DNA of 64,000 nt from NCBI GenBank assembly GCA_963705295.1, contig OY970065.1, positions 864,001 to 928,000 on the forward strand, read 5' to 3'. Shown piece after piece: positions 1-12,603 of this stretch. How positions within the stretch are numbered: position 1 is the first letter of the stretch; each line of letters opens with the position of its first letter. A program made the position numbers and the translations under genes. This DNA comes from Parachlamydiales bacterium (GTDB taxonomy: Bacteria > Chlamydiota > Chlamydiia > Chlamydiales > Rhabdochlamydiaceae). The notes beneath the pieces are model-generated. The model did not search any database, was not told where the DNA came from, and saw only the letters and a program-made list of their open reading frames with translations.

Positions 1-78
1 GGAATCCTTCGTATTCAAGAATGTTATTCCTCGCGAGAATCAATCTGGCTTTGCCTCGCTAAGCCCTTTTGTAACCTA
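1..78 (-). repeat. Partial long-hairpin palindromic element (type B inner module with a different outer arm), cut off by the window edge
   Basis: The reverse complement of 1-59 is near-identical to 32885-32942. The outer arm TAGGTTACAAAAGGGCTTA begins at the TAG stop of the upstream ATPase gene. Confidence 0.85.
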
Positions 79-1401
79 TTTGACCATTGGGTTAATAAGT
101 CTCGGGATCTGTTCAATCATATAAAATGGAACATTTAAGATTTGATCCTGATAAGAAAGAGGACTCTGACAAATCCGAATTCCGAACGGCGATTTTTTTT
201 CTTTGATAAATTGTTTTAAAGAACGGAGACGTCCCGTTTTACCCGCTTTGACCTCAATAGGAATAATCTGAGTTCCATCAGTGATTACATAATCAACTTC
301 TGCCTGACTTCCTCGCTTTTCATTTTCCCAGAAGAAAAGCTCTTTTTGCTCATAAAATTCTCCATAGGCGATCAGTTCTTGTCCTACGAATTGTTCAGCC
401 ATCATTCCTGCATTGATTTGTGTTAAATCTTCAGTCCATATTTTTTCGGGATCAATCTGATTCACTTGCTGAATCAGACCCAAATCTAAAAACAAAAGCT
501 TAAATTTCTGTTCATTTTGGTGAAACTTTAGAGGAATCCCTGAGGCAGAAGTAGCATGGACTCGATGTAAAATTCCCGCTTGCTCTAACAAATGGACAGC
601 TTTTTTTAATTCTCTAGAACTTGTTTCCGAATCGATCTTTGAATATTTGAAATGTTGTCCGATGAGATTGGGGATTTTTTCGAAAAGCAATTGTAAGTAT
701 TTATGTTCACTCTTTTTTGCATATTTGCCAAAGTCATTTTGATAAGTTTGTAGGATGATGGCTTGCATCTCCCTGCTTCTTAAAAACGATTCGGTTTTCA
801 AAAACACAGCAATAGCAGCGGGCATTCCTCCTATTAAGAAATACTGTTTTACAAATGTAATCAGATGATCATGAATGGTGGAGTTGATAGTCTGATCCAG
901 ACTGCTATTTTCTATCAGATTGGATAATCGAGAGTTTTTCGCGATTAGGAATTCTTTGAAAGAAAGCGGTCTCACATAGATAAACTGTACCCTTCCAACA
1001 GGAAATGAAAAATCGGCATCTTCTAGTGTAAACTCCAAAAGGGATCCTGCACCGATCACATGGAGCAAGGGCATTTTTTCTTTGAAATAACGGAGAGCCA
1101 TGATGGCCCTTGGACAATTTTGAATTTCATCCAAAAATAGAAGTGTTTTTTCTGGAATAATGTTTTTGTTTGAGAGAAGCTCGATCTTTTGAATAATGGC
1201 TATAGGATCGAGGGTCTCAAAACAGGCGCAATATTCTGGATTTGCATCAAAGTTGACAATAACCAGAGATTCGAAATTTTCATTTCCAAATAGCTCAACA
1301 AGATAACTTTTCCCCACTTGCCTAGCACCACGCAGTAGAAGGGGCATCCGAAAAGGGTCGTCTTTCCAAGCCTTAAGTTTGTCCAATAAAAGTCTAAACA
1401 T
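76..1401 (-). CDS. AAA+ ATPase, AAA_14/DUF4143 family
   Basis: Walker A GARQVGKS, Walker B LFLDEIQ, GGMP motif and C-terminal EVDYV..IPIEVKAG nuclease-like motif. Confidence 0.9.
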   Translation of the reverse strand: MFRLLLDKLKAWKDDPFRMPLLLRGARQVGKSYLVELFGNENFESLVIVNFDANPEYCACFETLDPIAIIQKIELLSNKNIIPEKTLLFLDEIQNCPRAIMALRYFKEKMPLLHVIGAGSLLEFTLEDADFSFPVGRVQFIYVRPLSFKEFLIAKNSRLSNLIENSSLDQTINSTIHDHLITFVKQYFLIGGMPAAIAVFLKTESFLRSREMQAIILQTYQNDFGKYAKKSEHKYLQLLFEKIPNLIGQHFKYSKIDSETSSRELKKAVHLLEQAGILHRVHATSASGIPLKFHQNEQKFKLLFLDLGLIQQVNQIDPEKIWTEDLTQINAGMMAEQFVGQELIAYGEFYEQKELFFWENEKRGSQAEVDYVITDGTQIIPIEVKAGKTGRLRSLKQFIKEKKSPFGIRICQSPLSYQDQILNVPFYMIEQIPRLINPMVK

Positions 1402-1549
1402 ACTTTTATTGTATAAAATTCAGACATATTTTGCAAATTTCAGAACTCCTTGTTTATTAAAGCTTTACATTACTAATATACAATTATAAACAATAAATGT
1501 CTAAAAAACAGGGTTATTTTTATCAGATTTTGTCGAAAAAACAGACTTA

Positions 1550-1730
1550 TTAACCCTCCACACAAAAAAGAGACAACCTGCTGGCTGCACCCCTGACAGA
1601 TCGATCCTCCTCCTCGGCCTAGCCTATCGCCCTAACCTATCGATGGGATCCTCGTCGGTCGGACCGCTGACGCTTCGATCTGACAGGGGTTCGCTTACGC
1701 ATCTTGTCTCTTTTTTGCGTGTCGGGTTAA
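1550..1730 (-). repeat. Long-hairpin MITE-like element type A, copy 1
   Basis: TTAACCC...GGGTTAA ends, imperfect inverted arms, near-identical to 5215-5383 and (inverted) 46058-46238. Confidence 0.95.
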
Positions 1731-1769
1731 TGGTATTTTTATGATCGGTGTGTTAAAATGATGAGCATT

Positions 1770-4036
<2,267 letters not shown>

Positions 4037-4090
4037 CTAAGGGAAATTTACAAATAAGTCGAGAATCTCAATATCCAAATATTGAATTGG

Positions 4091-5188
4091 TTAGAAATAA
4101 ACCCTGGGGATGCGGTCATTGAGTTGGCAGAGGATTTCGTAGGGGATGGTATCACTCCAGGAGGCGACTTCTTGGAGGGTGATTTCTTGGGAGCCTTGTT
4201 TTCCGATGAGGACGACTTCGTCGTCGACGTAGACTTCAGCAGAGCCGACATCGACCATAAACTGGTCCATACAGACGGTTCCGCGAATGGGGAATTTCTG
4301 TCCGCGGATCAGAACAAAACCTTTATTGGAGAGGGAGCGGCGGTAGCCGTCACCGTAACCGACGGGAATGGTTACGATCCGGGTTTGGTGGGGGGTGATA
4401 TACGAATGACCGTAACTAATTCCTTCTCCTTCATCGACAACTTTGAAGTAAGAAATTTTTGCTTTCAGAGAAAAACACGGTGTTATTTCCTGCCAGGGAG
4501 AGGACGGTTTGGAGAGATAACCGAGGGTGACGAGGGATGGCCTGACCATGTCGAAATACGATGTCGGATAATGGAGTGTCCCACCCGAATTTGCGAGGTG
4601 TTTTAAGAGGGGTGCATCGAGCTGGGAGACGAACTGCTCGAAGGCTTCGATCTGTTGCAGAGCAAAAGGATGATCGGGGGTATCGGCTGTAGCCAAGTGA
4701 GAATAGATGCCGACGATTTCCAACCCTTCGAGCCCTCTCAAATAGGGAAAAATAGCCAGGGCTGTCGAGCACCGCATGCCGGTCCGGCGCATCCCCGTAT
4801 CAACTTCAAGGTGGACACGGCAGGTTCGTCCCATCTGTTTGCATTTTTTTGCCACGAGTTCAGCCTTGAATTTGGAGCTGATCGTGAATTCAAGTTGGAA
4901 TTGGATTAAGTCTTCGATCTGATCTTCATGGATGGCACCGAGGACAAGAATGGGCCGTGTGATGCCGGCTTCTCGTAATTTGATTCCTTCTTTCAAATGA
5001 GCCACAGCCAGATAATCAACCCCCGCCTCCTCGGCAGCCTTCCCCACAGGACATAGTCCATGTCCATAAGCATTGGCCTTGATCGGAAAACAAAACAAAC
5101 TTGTCCCAATATTCTTCCGTATGATCCCGATATTTTTTTTCAATTGTCCAAGATCAACTTCAATCCAGGCAGGATGAGGATAACCCAT
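4091..5188 (-). CDS. alr: Alanine racemase
   Basis: PLP-lysine motif IKANAYGHG, plus VDTGMRRTG, IPVGYGDGY and GTVCMDQ. Confidence 0.97.
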   Translation of the reverse strand: MGYPHPAWIEVDLGQLKKNIGIIRKNIGTSLFCFPIKANAYGHGLCPVGKAAEEAGVDYLAVAHLKEGIKLREAGITRPILVLGAIHEDQIEDLIQFQLEFTISSKFKAELVAKKCKQMGRTCRVHLEVDTGMRRTGMRCSTALAIFPYLRGLEGLEIVGIYSHLATADTPDHPFALQQIEAFEQFVSQLDAPLLKHLANSGGTLHYPTSYFDMVRPSLVTLGYLSKPSSPWQEITPCFSLKAKISYFKVVDEGEGISYGHSYITPHQTRIVTIPVGYGDGYRRSLSNKGFVLIRGQKFPIRGTVCMDQFMVDVGSAEVYVDDEVVLIGKQGSQEITLQEVASWSDTIPYEILCQLNDRIPRVYF

Positions 5189-5214
5189 ATTCCTCAGATT
5201 AAGTCATTGGCTTA

Positions 5215-5383
5215 TTAACCCTCCATGCAAAAAAGAGACAATCTGCTGGCTGCACCCCTGACAGATCGATCCTCCTCCTCGGCCTAGCCTAGCGGCTATG
5301 ATCCTCGTCGGTCGGACCGCTGACGCTTCGATCTCACAGGGGTTCGCTTGCGCATCTTGTCTCTTTTTTGCGTGTCGGGTTAA
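5215..5383 (-). repeat. Long-hairpin MITE-like element type A, copy 2 (shorter apical loop), overlapping the 3' end of the ankyrin gene
   Basis: Same ends and arms as 1550-1730. The apical segment is 12 bp shorter. Confidence 0.95.
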
Positions 5384-7373
5384 TATTTTCAGGTTGTTTT
5401 CTTTTTATCCCTTTTGTAAATGAATTCATAAATTCTTCCCGATTGGCGCTCAAAGATTCGAGTTTTCTATCTTTCATGATTTGTTGCCAAGAATTTTCTT
5501 TTAAAATCAGGCAGGCTGTTTTGAGAAGAAATAGGGAGTATTTTCGATGAAAATCAAGGATAGACTCAGCAGAGAGAGGATGATCGACTAATTTTTTTGA
5601 CATTTCTAAGAGAGTATTTAATTCATCTCGATTGGATAGATAGGGAATTAAATTTTCCAATCTTTCTTGGATATTACACCATTGTCCACAGAGTTCATTC
5701 CCAGAATTTCGAATACGAGAGCACAAAAAGCGGAGGGTGAATGTAATCCCTAGGACCCTGAGATCGGCTCCTGTGAGTATACCTAGTTCATAGAGTTCCG
5801 GAGGTTCAACGCCGATGAGGTTTACAAAGCTTTCTAACGGAGAAACGGGATTTCCATCATTAGTTTGCCCAACTCCAATTCCAAGCGTGGCTAAAAGACC
5901 AAAGACATCCGACTCATCGAATTCGGCTTCTGGATCCTCAGGTGTCAGGGAAGTTTGCTTGGAAATGCATGTATGAAGGAGTTGATCGTAAGATTCTATT
6001 AAAGAAGCCATCCTGTTGCAAAAAGTTGCTAAAAAAGGTTGTTGAAAGAGTTTCGGATAGAGTTTTCTTATATCTGAAAGGCAGTCGAGGATAGATTTCA
6101 GTTTTTCTTTGAGTTTTTCTAGCTCTTCGATGGAGTTTGCCTGCGATACTTTTTCACTCAGGATCTCTTTGAAACGTCCAATAGATCTCAATAAACTATC
6201 GGAAGAAAGGATGGGGTAAATTCCCATCGTATGGATTGAAAATTCTTCAGAATACGGGGACGCAGCATAAGCATCGTGCATCCATTCTTGCTCAGAAACC
6301 GTTCTTAGGGCGAGATCGATATTTTCTTCGGTCACTTCTTTTGAGAGGCATTCCATAACTTTCGCGAGTCGATCTTTTTGCCATTTTAGAAATAGTTCGA
6401 CTAAGTCTTGTCTGCGTAAACTATCATGAAAGGGGGTAGTTTTTTTCCCTTTTAGAATGGGAACATTATTATCTAAAAGATAACGGAGGGTGCTTAAGTT
6501 GTTACAGCGAAGTGCTTCATCAATGCCATTACGGCCATTGATATAAGTCTGGTCCAAACTAGCACCTTTCATTCTAAACTTCTCGAGTGTTTCAGCATCG
6601 AGTAGCTCGCACGCGAGAAGAAAAGGGGTCGACCCTAAATTATCTTTTACATCGTGCTGGGCTCCTCGATCTAAAAGAGCAATAACAACTTCTTTCTTAC
6701 GCATACAACAAGCCGTATGTAAAGGTGTGGTTCGCCCTTTGTCTGCTGTATTAATTTTCGCACCCGCTTGAATCAGGAAAAGAGCCGCTTCTGCACTGCA
6801 GTGACATGCTACATGAAGAGGGGTCTTTCCTGTATGTTCCGGGAAATCTAATAGAGAAGGATTTTTAGAAAGTAAAAATTCAAGTCCTTGCACATTCCCC
6901 CATGCGCAGATATGCATCGGCGTTTCACGCACCTGTATTTTAGTATAGTCGATCTCTGCACACGCTTCTAATAGAGCGACAATAAATTCTGATTTTTTGC
7001 CAACAATCAGAGACCAATTGATCATATCAGGCAATCCGGGATGTCCTTTTAACCTGATTAAGAGGTGTTGAAGAGTTTTTAGATCACGATCCATGATGTA
7101 TTGAAACAAATTACAATGACTCACTGTGATTGTTGGATCAGCCCCTTTTTCAAGGAGTGCATCGATGAGGGGGAGATTTCCAGTTCTGACAGCTATGTAA
7201 AGAGGATATTCCCCATTTTCTTCTTCTTTATTAACCGATGCGGAAGTCATTAAAGGTAAGAGTTTTTCTAAAGGTAAATTATCTCGGATCGCCTGATGCA
7301 ACGAATCCGCAGAACTCCAAGGTACTGGCAGTGAGATGGGTGCATCCGTAATAAGAGGAGGGGTGGTCGACAT
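5334..7373 (-). CDS. Ankyrin-repeat protein, candidate host-directed effector
   Basis: Repeated GxTPLHxA-type units (GEYPLYIAV, GKTPLHVAC, RTTPLHTAC, GSTPFLLAC) and a helical C-terminal region. Confidence 0.88.
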   Translation of the reverse strand: MSTTPPLITDAPISLPVPWSSADSLHQAIRDNLPLEKLLPLMTSASVNKEEENGEYPLYIAVRTGNLPLIDALLEKGADPTITVSHCNLFQYIMDRDLKTLQHLLIRLKGHPGLPDMINWSLIVGKKSEFIVALLEACAEIDYTKIQVRETPMHICAWGNVQGLEFLLSKNPSLLDFPEHTGKTPLHVACHCSAEAALFLIQAGAKINTADKGRTTPLHTACCMRKKEVVIALLDRGAQHDVKDNLGSTPFLLACELLDAETLEKFRMKGASLDQTYINGRNGIDEALRCNNLSTLRYLLDNNVPILKGKKTTPFHDSLRRQDLVELFLKWQKDRLAKVMECLSKEVTEENIDLALRTVSEQEWMHDAYAASPYSEEFSIHTMGIYPILSSDSLLRSIGRFKEILSEKVSQANSIEELEKLKEKLKSILDCLSDIRKLYPKLFQQPFLATFCNRMASLIESYDQLLHTCISKQTSLTPEDPEAEFDESDVFGLLATLGIGVGQTNDGNPVSPLESFVNLIGVEPPELYELGILTGADLRVLGITFTLRFLCSRIRNSGNELCGQWCNIQERLENLIPYLSNRDELNTLLEMSKKLVDHPLSAESILDFHRKYSLFLLKTACLILKENSWQQIMKDRKLESLSANREEFMNSFTKGIKRKQPENINPTRKKETRCASEPL

Positions 7374-7400
7374 AATCTAATATTATAAACTAATTAGAAT

Positions 7401-9602
7401 TTAAAATGTTGATATTGGATCAATATCGATGAGTAAATGAATGTGCGGGTTTTTCTTTATAGTTCTAAGAATTTCTGTAACAGGGCCGGTTGATTTTCCT
7501 TTGATGAGGAATTGGAACCGGAAGTGGTCTTTAATTTTGGCATAGCCGCAGGGGAGGACGGGCTGAAGTTCGTAGGAAGAGGGGAGCTTGGGGATGAGAA
7601 GGGACCGGATTTCTTGAGCATAGGAGAGGGTGGTTTGGGGTTTTTTGCCGCTGAAGGTGAGTTTGATGAGGTGGCAGAATGGGGGGAAGGAGAAGAGTTT
7701 TCGATTTTCAAGCTCTGCGGTGAAGAAGGCGAGATAATCGAGATGTGCTGCTTGCTCGATGATCGGATGGTGGGGGAGTTTTGTCTGGAGAATCACTTCA
7801 CCTTTGAGGGCACTCCGGCCGGAGCGGCCCGCAACTTGGGTGACGAGTTGAAAGACTTGTTCGGAGGCTCGAAAGTCGGGAATTTGAAGGGTCGCATCGG
7901 TGTTGAGAACGCCGACTAACGTGACGGAGGGAAAGTGGAGTCCTTTGGCGATCATTTGGGTTCCAATGAGGACATCGGCTTTGCCGGCTCGGAATTGTTT
8001 AAACAGTTTTTCGTGGCTTCCTTTATGGCGGGTGGTGTCGGCATCGATGCGCAAGGTTCGGATGTTGGGGAAGATGGCATGGAGAGTTCGTTCCACTTGC
8101 TCTGTGCCGACGCCTTTAAATTTGAATGAGTCGAAGGCTTTGCAGGAGGGGCACTCAGGCGGTGGGGCCCGCTGATGGCCACAAAGATGGCAGGAGAGGG
8201 TATTTTGTCCTTTGTGAAAGGTGAGCGTGATCGAACAATGAGGACAGCTCAACGCTTCGCTACACCCACTACAAACTGCCGAGGTATTGTAGCCGCGTCT
8301 GTTTAGAAATAGGAGAGATTGTTCTCCGACTTCGATCCTTTTTTTGAGAGCTTGCAAAAGTTGCTCCGAAAAAAGAGAAAACCCTTGCGCTTTCGCAAAT
8401 TCTGAACGCATATCGACAATATGAACGGTCGGTAAATGGGCGCTGTCGGCTCGGGTTGTCAGTTCACTGAGGATGTATTTGCCAGAGTGTGCATTGGCGT
8501 AGCTCTCTAAACTCGGTGTTGCGCTTCCCAAAATGACGGCGGCTTTGCAGATTTTTCCGCGCATGACAGCGACATCCCGTGCATGGTAGCAAGGGATTTC
8601 ATCGGTTTGTTTGTAGGCAGAGTCGTGTTCTTCATCGACAATGATGAGGCCGAGGTTCCGTGCGGGGCTAAAAAGGGCAGATCGGGGTCCCACCACAAGG
8701 GAATAATCGCCGCTATAAATCTTGTGCCACGTGTCCCTTCGCTCCCCATCACTGAGGCGGTGATGGAGGATAGCGACTTTTTCTTGGAATCTGCTCCGCA
8801 ATCTTTCGACAGTTTGGGAGGTGAGGGCGATTTCAGGTACAAGGAAGAGAGCGGATCTCCCCATCCTCAGCGCGGTATCGATTGCTTGAAGATAGACTTC
8901 TGTTTTCCCGCTTCCTGTCACACCGTGGAGCAGGTGGGTTTCGAAAAGATGGGCCTCAAGGGTTTGCTGGATTTTTTGAAGGGCTTTTTCTTGCTCATCA
9001 TGGAGGGTTTTATGTTTGGTCGGAAAGAAATCGTGGTCGCCTAAAATCGACCGATCTAGGGTGAGGGGAGAGAGGGTTATGATTCCTTTTTGAGACAATG
9101 TTTCCAAGGGGCTTCGGGAAGTTTCAGCGCGCTCGAGGAGTTCGCTTAAGAGAATTCCCTGCGGAAAGCGGAGCAACACTTCTAAAATCTTGGCTTGAGC
9201 GCCTCGGCTTTGGCTGCACACCTCCGCGAGCTGAGGACGGGACAGTACTGATTTGACAAAGAGTTGCTTTTTTTCCTCCATCCGTTTTCGGACGGGTGGT
9301 GGGAGAAATAGTTTGATGATTTTGAAAAAGGGTGTGCAATAATATTTCGAGAGCCATAGACCCAGCTTCAGCAAATCTTCGGGAATACTCTCCGAATGGA
9401 CTTCCAAGATGGGTAGAGTTTTTTTCGATTCGGTTTGATTTTTGAGCTCCAGAACGGTTGCAGTGCACCGGCGATTTTGAAGAGGAATGGTGACGCGCGT
9501 GCCAGGCTCTACCAGGCGTGCAAATTCTTCTGGGACGGAGTAATCAAGGGGTTTGTCGAGCGCTACGTCGACATAGACGGATGCGAAGCAACCATTTTCC
9601 AT
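7401..9602 (-). CDS. priA: Primosomal protein N' (replication restart helicase)
   Basis: GVTGSGKTEVY, DEEHD, LNRRGY, Cys-pair zinc-binding motifs, GTQMIAKGLHFP and QVAGRSGR. Confidence 0.98.
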   Translation of the reverse strand: MENGCFASVYVDVALDKPLDYSVPEEFARLVEPGTRVTIPLQNRRCTATVLELKNQTESKKTLPILEVHSESIPEDLLKLGLWLSKYYCTPFFKIIKLFLPPPVRKRMEEKKQLFVKSVLSRPQLAEVCSQSRGAQAKILEVLLRFPQGILLSELLERAETSRSPLETLSQKGIITLSPLTLDRSILGDHDFFPTKHKTLHDEQEKALQKIQQTLEAHLFETHLLHGVTGSGKTEVYLQAIDTALRMGRSALFLVPEIALTSQTVERLRSRFQEKVAILHHRLSDGERRDTWHKIYSGDYSLVVGPRSALFSPARNLGLIIVDEEHDSAYKQTDEIPCYHARDVAVMRGKICKAAVILGSATPSLESYANAHSGKYILSELTTRADSAHLPTVHIVDMRSEFAKAQGFSLFSEQLLQALKKRIEVGEQSLLFLNRRGYNTSAVCSGCSEALSCPHCSITLTFHKGQNTLSCHLCGHQRAPPPECPSCKAFDSFKFKGVGTEQVERTLHAIFPNIRTLRIDADTTRHKGSHEKLFKQFRAGKADVLIGTQMIAKGLHFPSVTLVGVLNTDATLQIPDFRASEQVFQLVTQVAGRSGRSALKGEVILQTKLPHHPIIEQAAHLDYLAFFTAELENRKLFSFPPFCHLIKLTFSGKKPQTTLSYAQEIRSLLIPKLPSSYELQPVLPCGYAKIKDHFRFQFLIKGKSTGPVTEILRTIKKNPHIHLLIDIDPISTF

Positions 9603-10183
9603 AGTTCACGCTTGAGGTCAGGATTTTTTAAATAACTTGAAACAGGTCTTAATATAACCGCAGGTGTTTCTTTCAGGAAGAACGATTGGGCCGTCGGGTT
9701 TTCACGGTAAAATCTGGAAAGTTGGAGATTTTTCCACTGCTGAAATGGGGGAGCAATTACCAATTTTAAATGGGTTGAGCTCAAGACTAAATCCCAACCA
9801 TTGTCTCTTTCAAGGCGTCTCATTTCTAGTAAACGGCAAGGGGCGAGGAGTCGATCGAGGGCGTGTGTGAAATTTTGCAGAAACTGGAGGTCGGCCCCTT
9901 GTTCTCCCAGAGAAAGGACGATGATGTGCGAAGAGAGATGGTGCTCTTTCCAAAGATTGCCCATTTTTTTTGCATGGGCGTCATCCGGAATCTTTGTCGC
10001 CAATTTCATGTCAGGCAAATGTTTCGAAACGAGCCCTCGAATGTCAGGCATCAGGTCGCATTCTTTGCTGGGCGGGGTGTTTTTTTTAGGCAAAAGAAAG
10101 GCATGCTCTTCCGGCGTCACGAGAATGACCTGATTTTTTTCTTTTTCGAGAAAATCAATGGCTTGACGAATTAAGGTATTCAT
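9563..10183 (-). CDS. Conserved hypothetical protein upstream of priA
   Basis: 206-aa ORF overlapping the priA start. The C-terminal P..YLKNPDLKRELW resembles the tail of uracil-DNA-glycosylase-like folds. Confidence 0.75.
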   Translation of the reverse strand: MNTLIRQAIDFLEKEKNQVILVTPEEHAFLLPKKNTPPSKECDLMPDIRGLVSKHLPDMKLATKIPDDAHAKKMGNLWKEHHLSSHIIVLSLGEQGADLQFLQNFTHALDRLLAPCRLLEMRRLERDNGWDLVLSSTHLKLVIAPPFQQWKNLQLSRFYRENPTAQSFFLKETPAVILRPVSSYLKNPDLKRELWKMVASHPSMST

Positions 10184-10478
10184 TAAACGGCTCTAAGAGT
10201 GCAATGAGTTGATGACAAGGTAGGTCCAACTGGCTTAAGAATTGTTTCCCTCTAGCAGCCAGATGAGGAAATGCATAGGGGAGGAGATGGGCATGTTCGG
10301 CCACTTTATTTTTGGTCCCTTGCTGGCATGTCCATCCAAAAGGGCCTTCTTGCTTAAGGGATTCTTTTAAAACCTCTCCTTTGGTCAGCTCGCGCACAAT
10401 GAATTGGAGGAGAAGAGTGGGCCCTGAGCCGTGAGCCACGGTCGATGGAGAGAAAGGAGAGTGGAAAAAGTAGTGCAT
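10155..10478 (-). CDS. Hypothetical protein
   Basis: 107-aa ORF filling the gap in a co-oriented operon-like run. Confidence 0.55.
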   Translation of the reverse strand: MHYFFHSPFSPSTVAHGSGPTLLLQFIVRELTKGEVLKESLKQEGPFGWTCQQGTKNKVAEHAHLLPYAFPHLAARGKQFLSQLDLPCHQLIALLEPFNEYLNSSSH

Positions 10479-10508
10479 GGTTCTTCGACGGTACCGATTT
10501 TTACCTTT

Positions 10509-11387
10509 TTAAACAAGGTCTCGGACATATTCTTTCGGATCGAAGGGTGCAAGATCGTCGACTTTTTCCCCGACGCCGACCCACCGGACGGGGATGCCGA
10601 GTTCGCGGTAAATGGGGAGGATGACACCTCCTTTAGCACTTCCATCGAGTTTTGCCAGGATAATTCCTGTCAGAGGGGTAAAGTCATTGAAGATCTTGGC
10701 TTGCTCGAGGGCATTTTGTCCAAGGGTCGCATCGAGGACCAAGATGATTTCATGGGGAGCTCCGGGAATCACCTTGTTACAGACACGCCGGATTTTTCCA
10801 AGTTCTTCCATGAGTTCGGTTTTATTTTGAAGGCGGCCAGCGGTGTCGACAAGAACGGCATCGATGCCGCGGCTTTTTGCGGCGGTGAGTGCATCGAAAG
10901 CAACGCTGGAGGGATCGCTGCCAGGCTGTGCTTTCACAATTTCCACCCCGATTTTTTCGGCCCAGAAGAAGAGTTGATCAATGGCTCCTGCTCGGAACGT
11001 GTCTCCGGCAGCCACCATGACTTTTTTCCCTTCTCTTTTGAGGAGATGGGCCAATTTGGCAATCGAGGTTGTTTTTCCACTTCCGTTGATCCCCACAATA
11101 AGAAAAACGGTCGGATGACCCTTCCCCGGCTCTGTCTTTGGCGGGAGTGAGAGGATCTCTTGTGCAAATGACCGTATTCTCTCTAAAATGTCATCGGGTG
11201 ATGCCGCGCGGTTTTTTAAGAGAAATTTCTTTAAATCATCGATAAATTCTTGTGTGACCTTGGTTCCAATATCGGCTTGATAGAGGATTTGCTCGAGCTG
11301 ATCGAAGGTCTCATCATTCCACGGCTTTCCGAAGAGGGATCGGATTTTAGATAGAGCACCTTTTATTTTCTTTAAAAATCCAAACAT
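10509..11387 (-). CDS. ftsY: Signal recognition particle receptor FtsY
   Basis: GINGSGKTTSIAKLA, DTFRAGA, DTAGRLQ and AKLDGSAKGG. Start placed at MFGFLKK. Confidence 0.97.
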   Translation of the reverse strand: MFGFLKKIKGALSKIRSLFGKPWNDETFDQLEQILYQADIGTKVTQEFIDDLKKFLLKNRAASPDDILERIRSFAQEILSLPPKTEPGKGHPTVFLIVGINGSGKTTSIAKLAHLLKREGKKVMVAAGDTFRAGAIDQLFFWAEKIGVEIVKAQPGSDPSSVAFDALTAAKSRGIDAVLVDTAGRLQNKTELMEELGKIRRVCNKVIPGAPHEIILVLDATLGQNALEQAKIFNDFTPLTGIILAKLDGSAKGGVILPIYRELGIPVRWVGVGEKVDDLAPFDPKEYVRDLV

Positions 11388-11439
11388 ATTGATTGAAATT
11401 CTATTGTAGCACATAAGAAAAAAAAGAAGAGAGCCAATT

Positions 11440-12603
11440 GTGAACCTGCACGAATACCAAGCAAAAGAAATTTTGAGAGGGGAAGGTATTCCCGTCCCTC
11501 CGTTCGGAGTTGCGAGCCATCACAAGCAAGTGGAAAAGATCATCAAAGATCTTCATTTGCAGAAAGCGGTGATCAAGATTCAGGTGCATGCGGGCGGTCG
11601 CGGGAAAGCGGGTGGGGTAAAGTTTGCTCAGAGCCCGGAAGAAATCGTGAAGATTTCCCAGCAATTGATTGGGATGAAAATCGTCAACAATCAGACGGGG
11701 CCAGAAGGTGTCATCGCACATAAAGTTTTGATCGCGGCTCCTGTCGAAATTGAGAGAGAATATTATCTCGGGGCTATTATCGACCGGTCTCGGGCGGAAG
11801 CGATTCTCATCGCATCCCCAGAAGGGGGTATGGACATCGAAGAGATTGCTGAAAAAAAGCCAGACCGAATTCTGAAAATCCCGATTGGGCTCGATGGATC
11901 GGTTAAACCGTACCACCTTCTCTACCTTTCTAAATTCATGGGGTGGAAAAATGGGGGGATGGAGATTGCGAGACGGCTGGCCAAAATTTTCATTGAAAGA
12001 GATGCTTCCCTCGTTGAGATCAACCCGCTTGTCGAAACGAAAGATGGAAAACTCTGGGCGCTCGATGCCAAAATGAGCATCGACGACAATGCTCTCTACC
12101 GTCAGCCCGATATGATGAGTTATTTCGACCCGGCGCAGATAGATCCGAATGAAGTGGCAGCAAAAAAACACGATCTTTCTTACATCGCCCTCGATGGAAA
12201 TATTGGGTGCATGGTCAATGGGGCAGGGCTTGCCATGGCGACGATGGATTTGATCAAATCTGCGGGTGGTAAACCAGCGAACTTTCTCGATGTCGGAGGA
12301 AGTGCGACGGCAGAAAAAATCGCCTATGGTTTTAAACTTCTCCAGTCTCATCCGAAAGTCAAAGCGATCCTGGTCAATATTTTTGGTGGCATCATGAATT
12401 GTACGACGATCGCTGAAGGGATTTTGACAGCTCATTCCGAAAATCCTTCTCAAATTCCGCTCGTTGTCCGGATGGAGGGAACCAATGTGGAAGAGGCGAA
12501 AGCGATGCTCGAAAAAGCGGAGATAAAGGTTCATTCGGTCGATAGCTTGGAAGAAGCGGCCGTCCGTGTCGTGAAGGAGGCAAATCATGCCCATTCTCGT
12601 TGA
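11440..12603 (+). CDS. sucC: Succinyl-CoA synthetase beta subunit
   Basis: [38 protein letters not shown] and NIFGGI. Confidence 0.98.
   Translation: MNLHEYQAKEILRGEGIPVPPFGVASHHKQVEKIIKDLHLQKAVIKIQVHAGGRGKAGGVKFAQSPEEIVKISQQLIGMKIVNNQTGPEGVIAHKVLIAAPVEIEREYYLGAIIDRSRAEAILIASPEGGMDIEEIAEKKPDRILKIPIGLDGSVKPYHLLYLSKFMGWKNGGMEIARRLAKIFIERDASLVEINPLVETKDGKLWALDAKMSIDDNALYRQPDMMSYFDPAQIDPNEVAAKKHDLSYIALDGNIGCMVNGAGLAMATMDLIKSAGGKPANFLDVGGSATAEKIAYGFKLLQSHPKVKAILVNIFGGIMNCTTIAEGILTAHSENPSQIPLVVRMEGTNVEEAKAMLEKAEIKVHSVDSLEEAAVRVVKEANHAHSR

Noticed and set aside
1550..1730. piggyBac-type transposon suggested by TTAA-CCC...GGG-TTAA ends
   Set aside because: No transposase is present. The same ends are equally explained by a TA target with ACCC termini, so the family cannot be assigned.
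5280..5336. Selenocysteine readthrough of the ankyrin gene TGA, which is followed by a hairpin
   Set aside because: The hairpin is the repeat itself, other copies have TCA (Ser) at this position, and an in-frame TAG follows 15 codons later.
11401..12594. 397-aa minus-strand ORF
   Set aside because: Antisense shadow of sucC with no motif. The same applies to 10431-11150 (ftsY), 4082-4606 (alr) and 13597-14361 (M50 protease).
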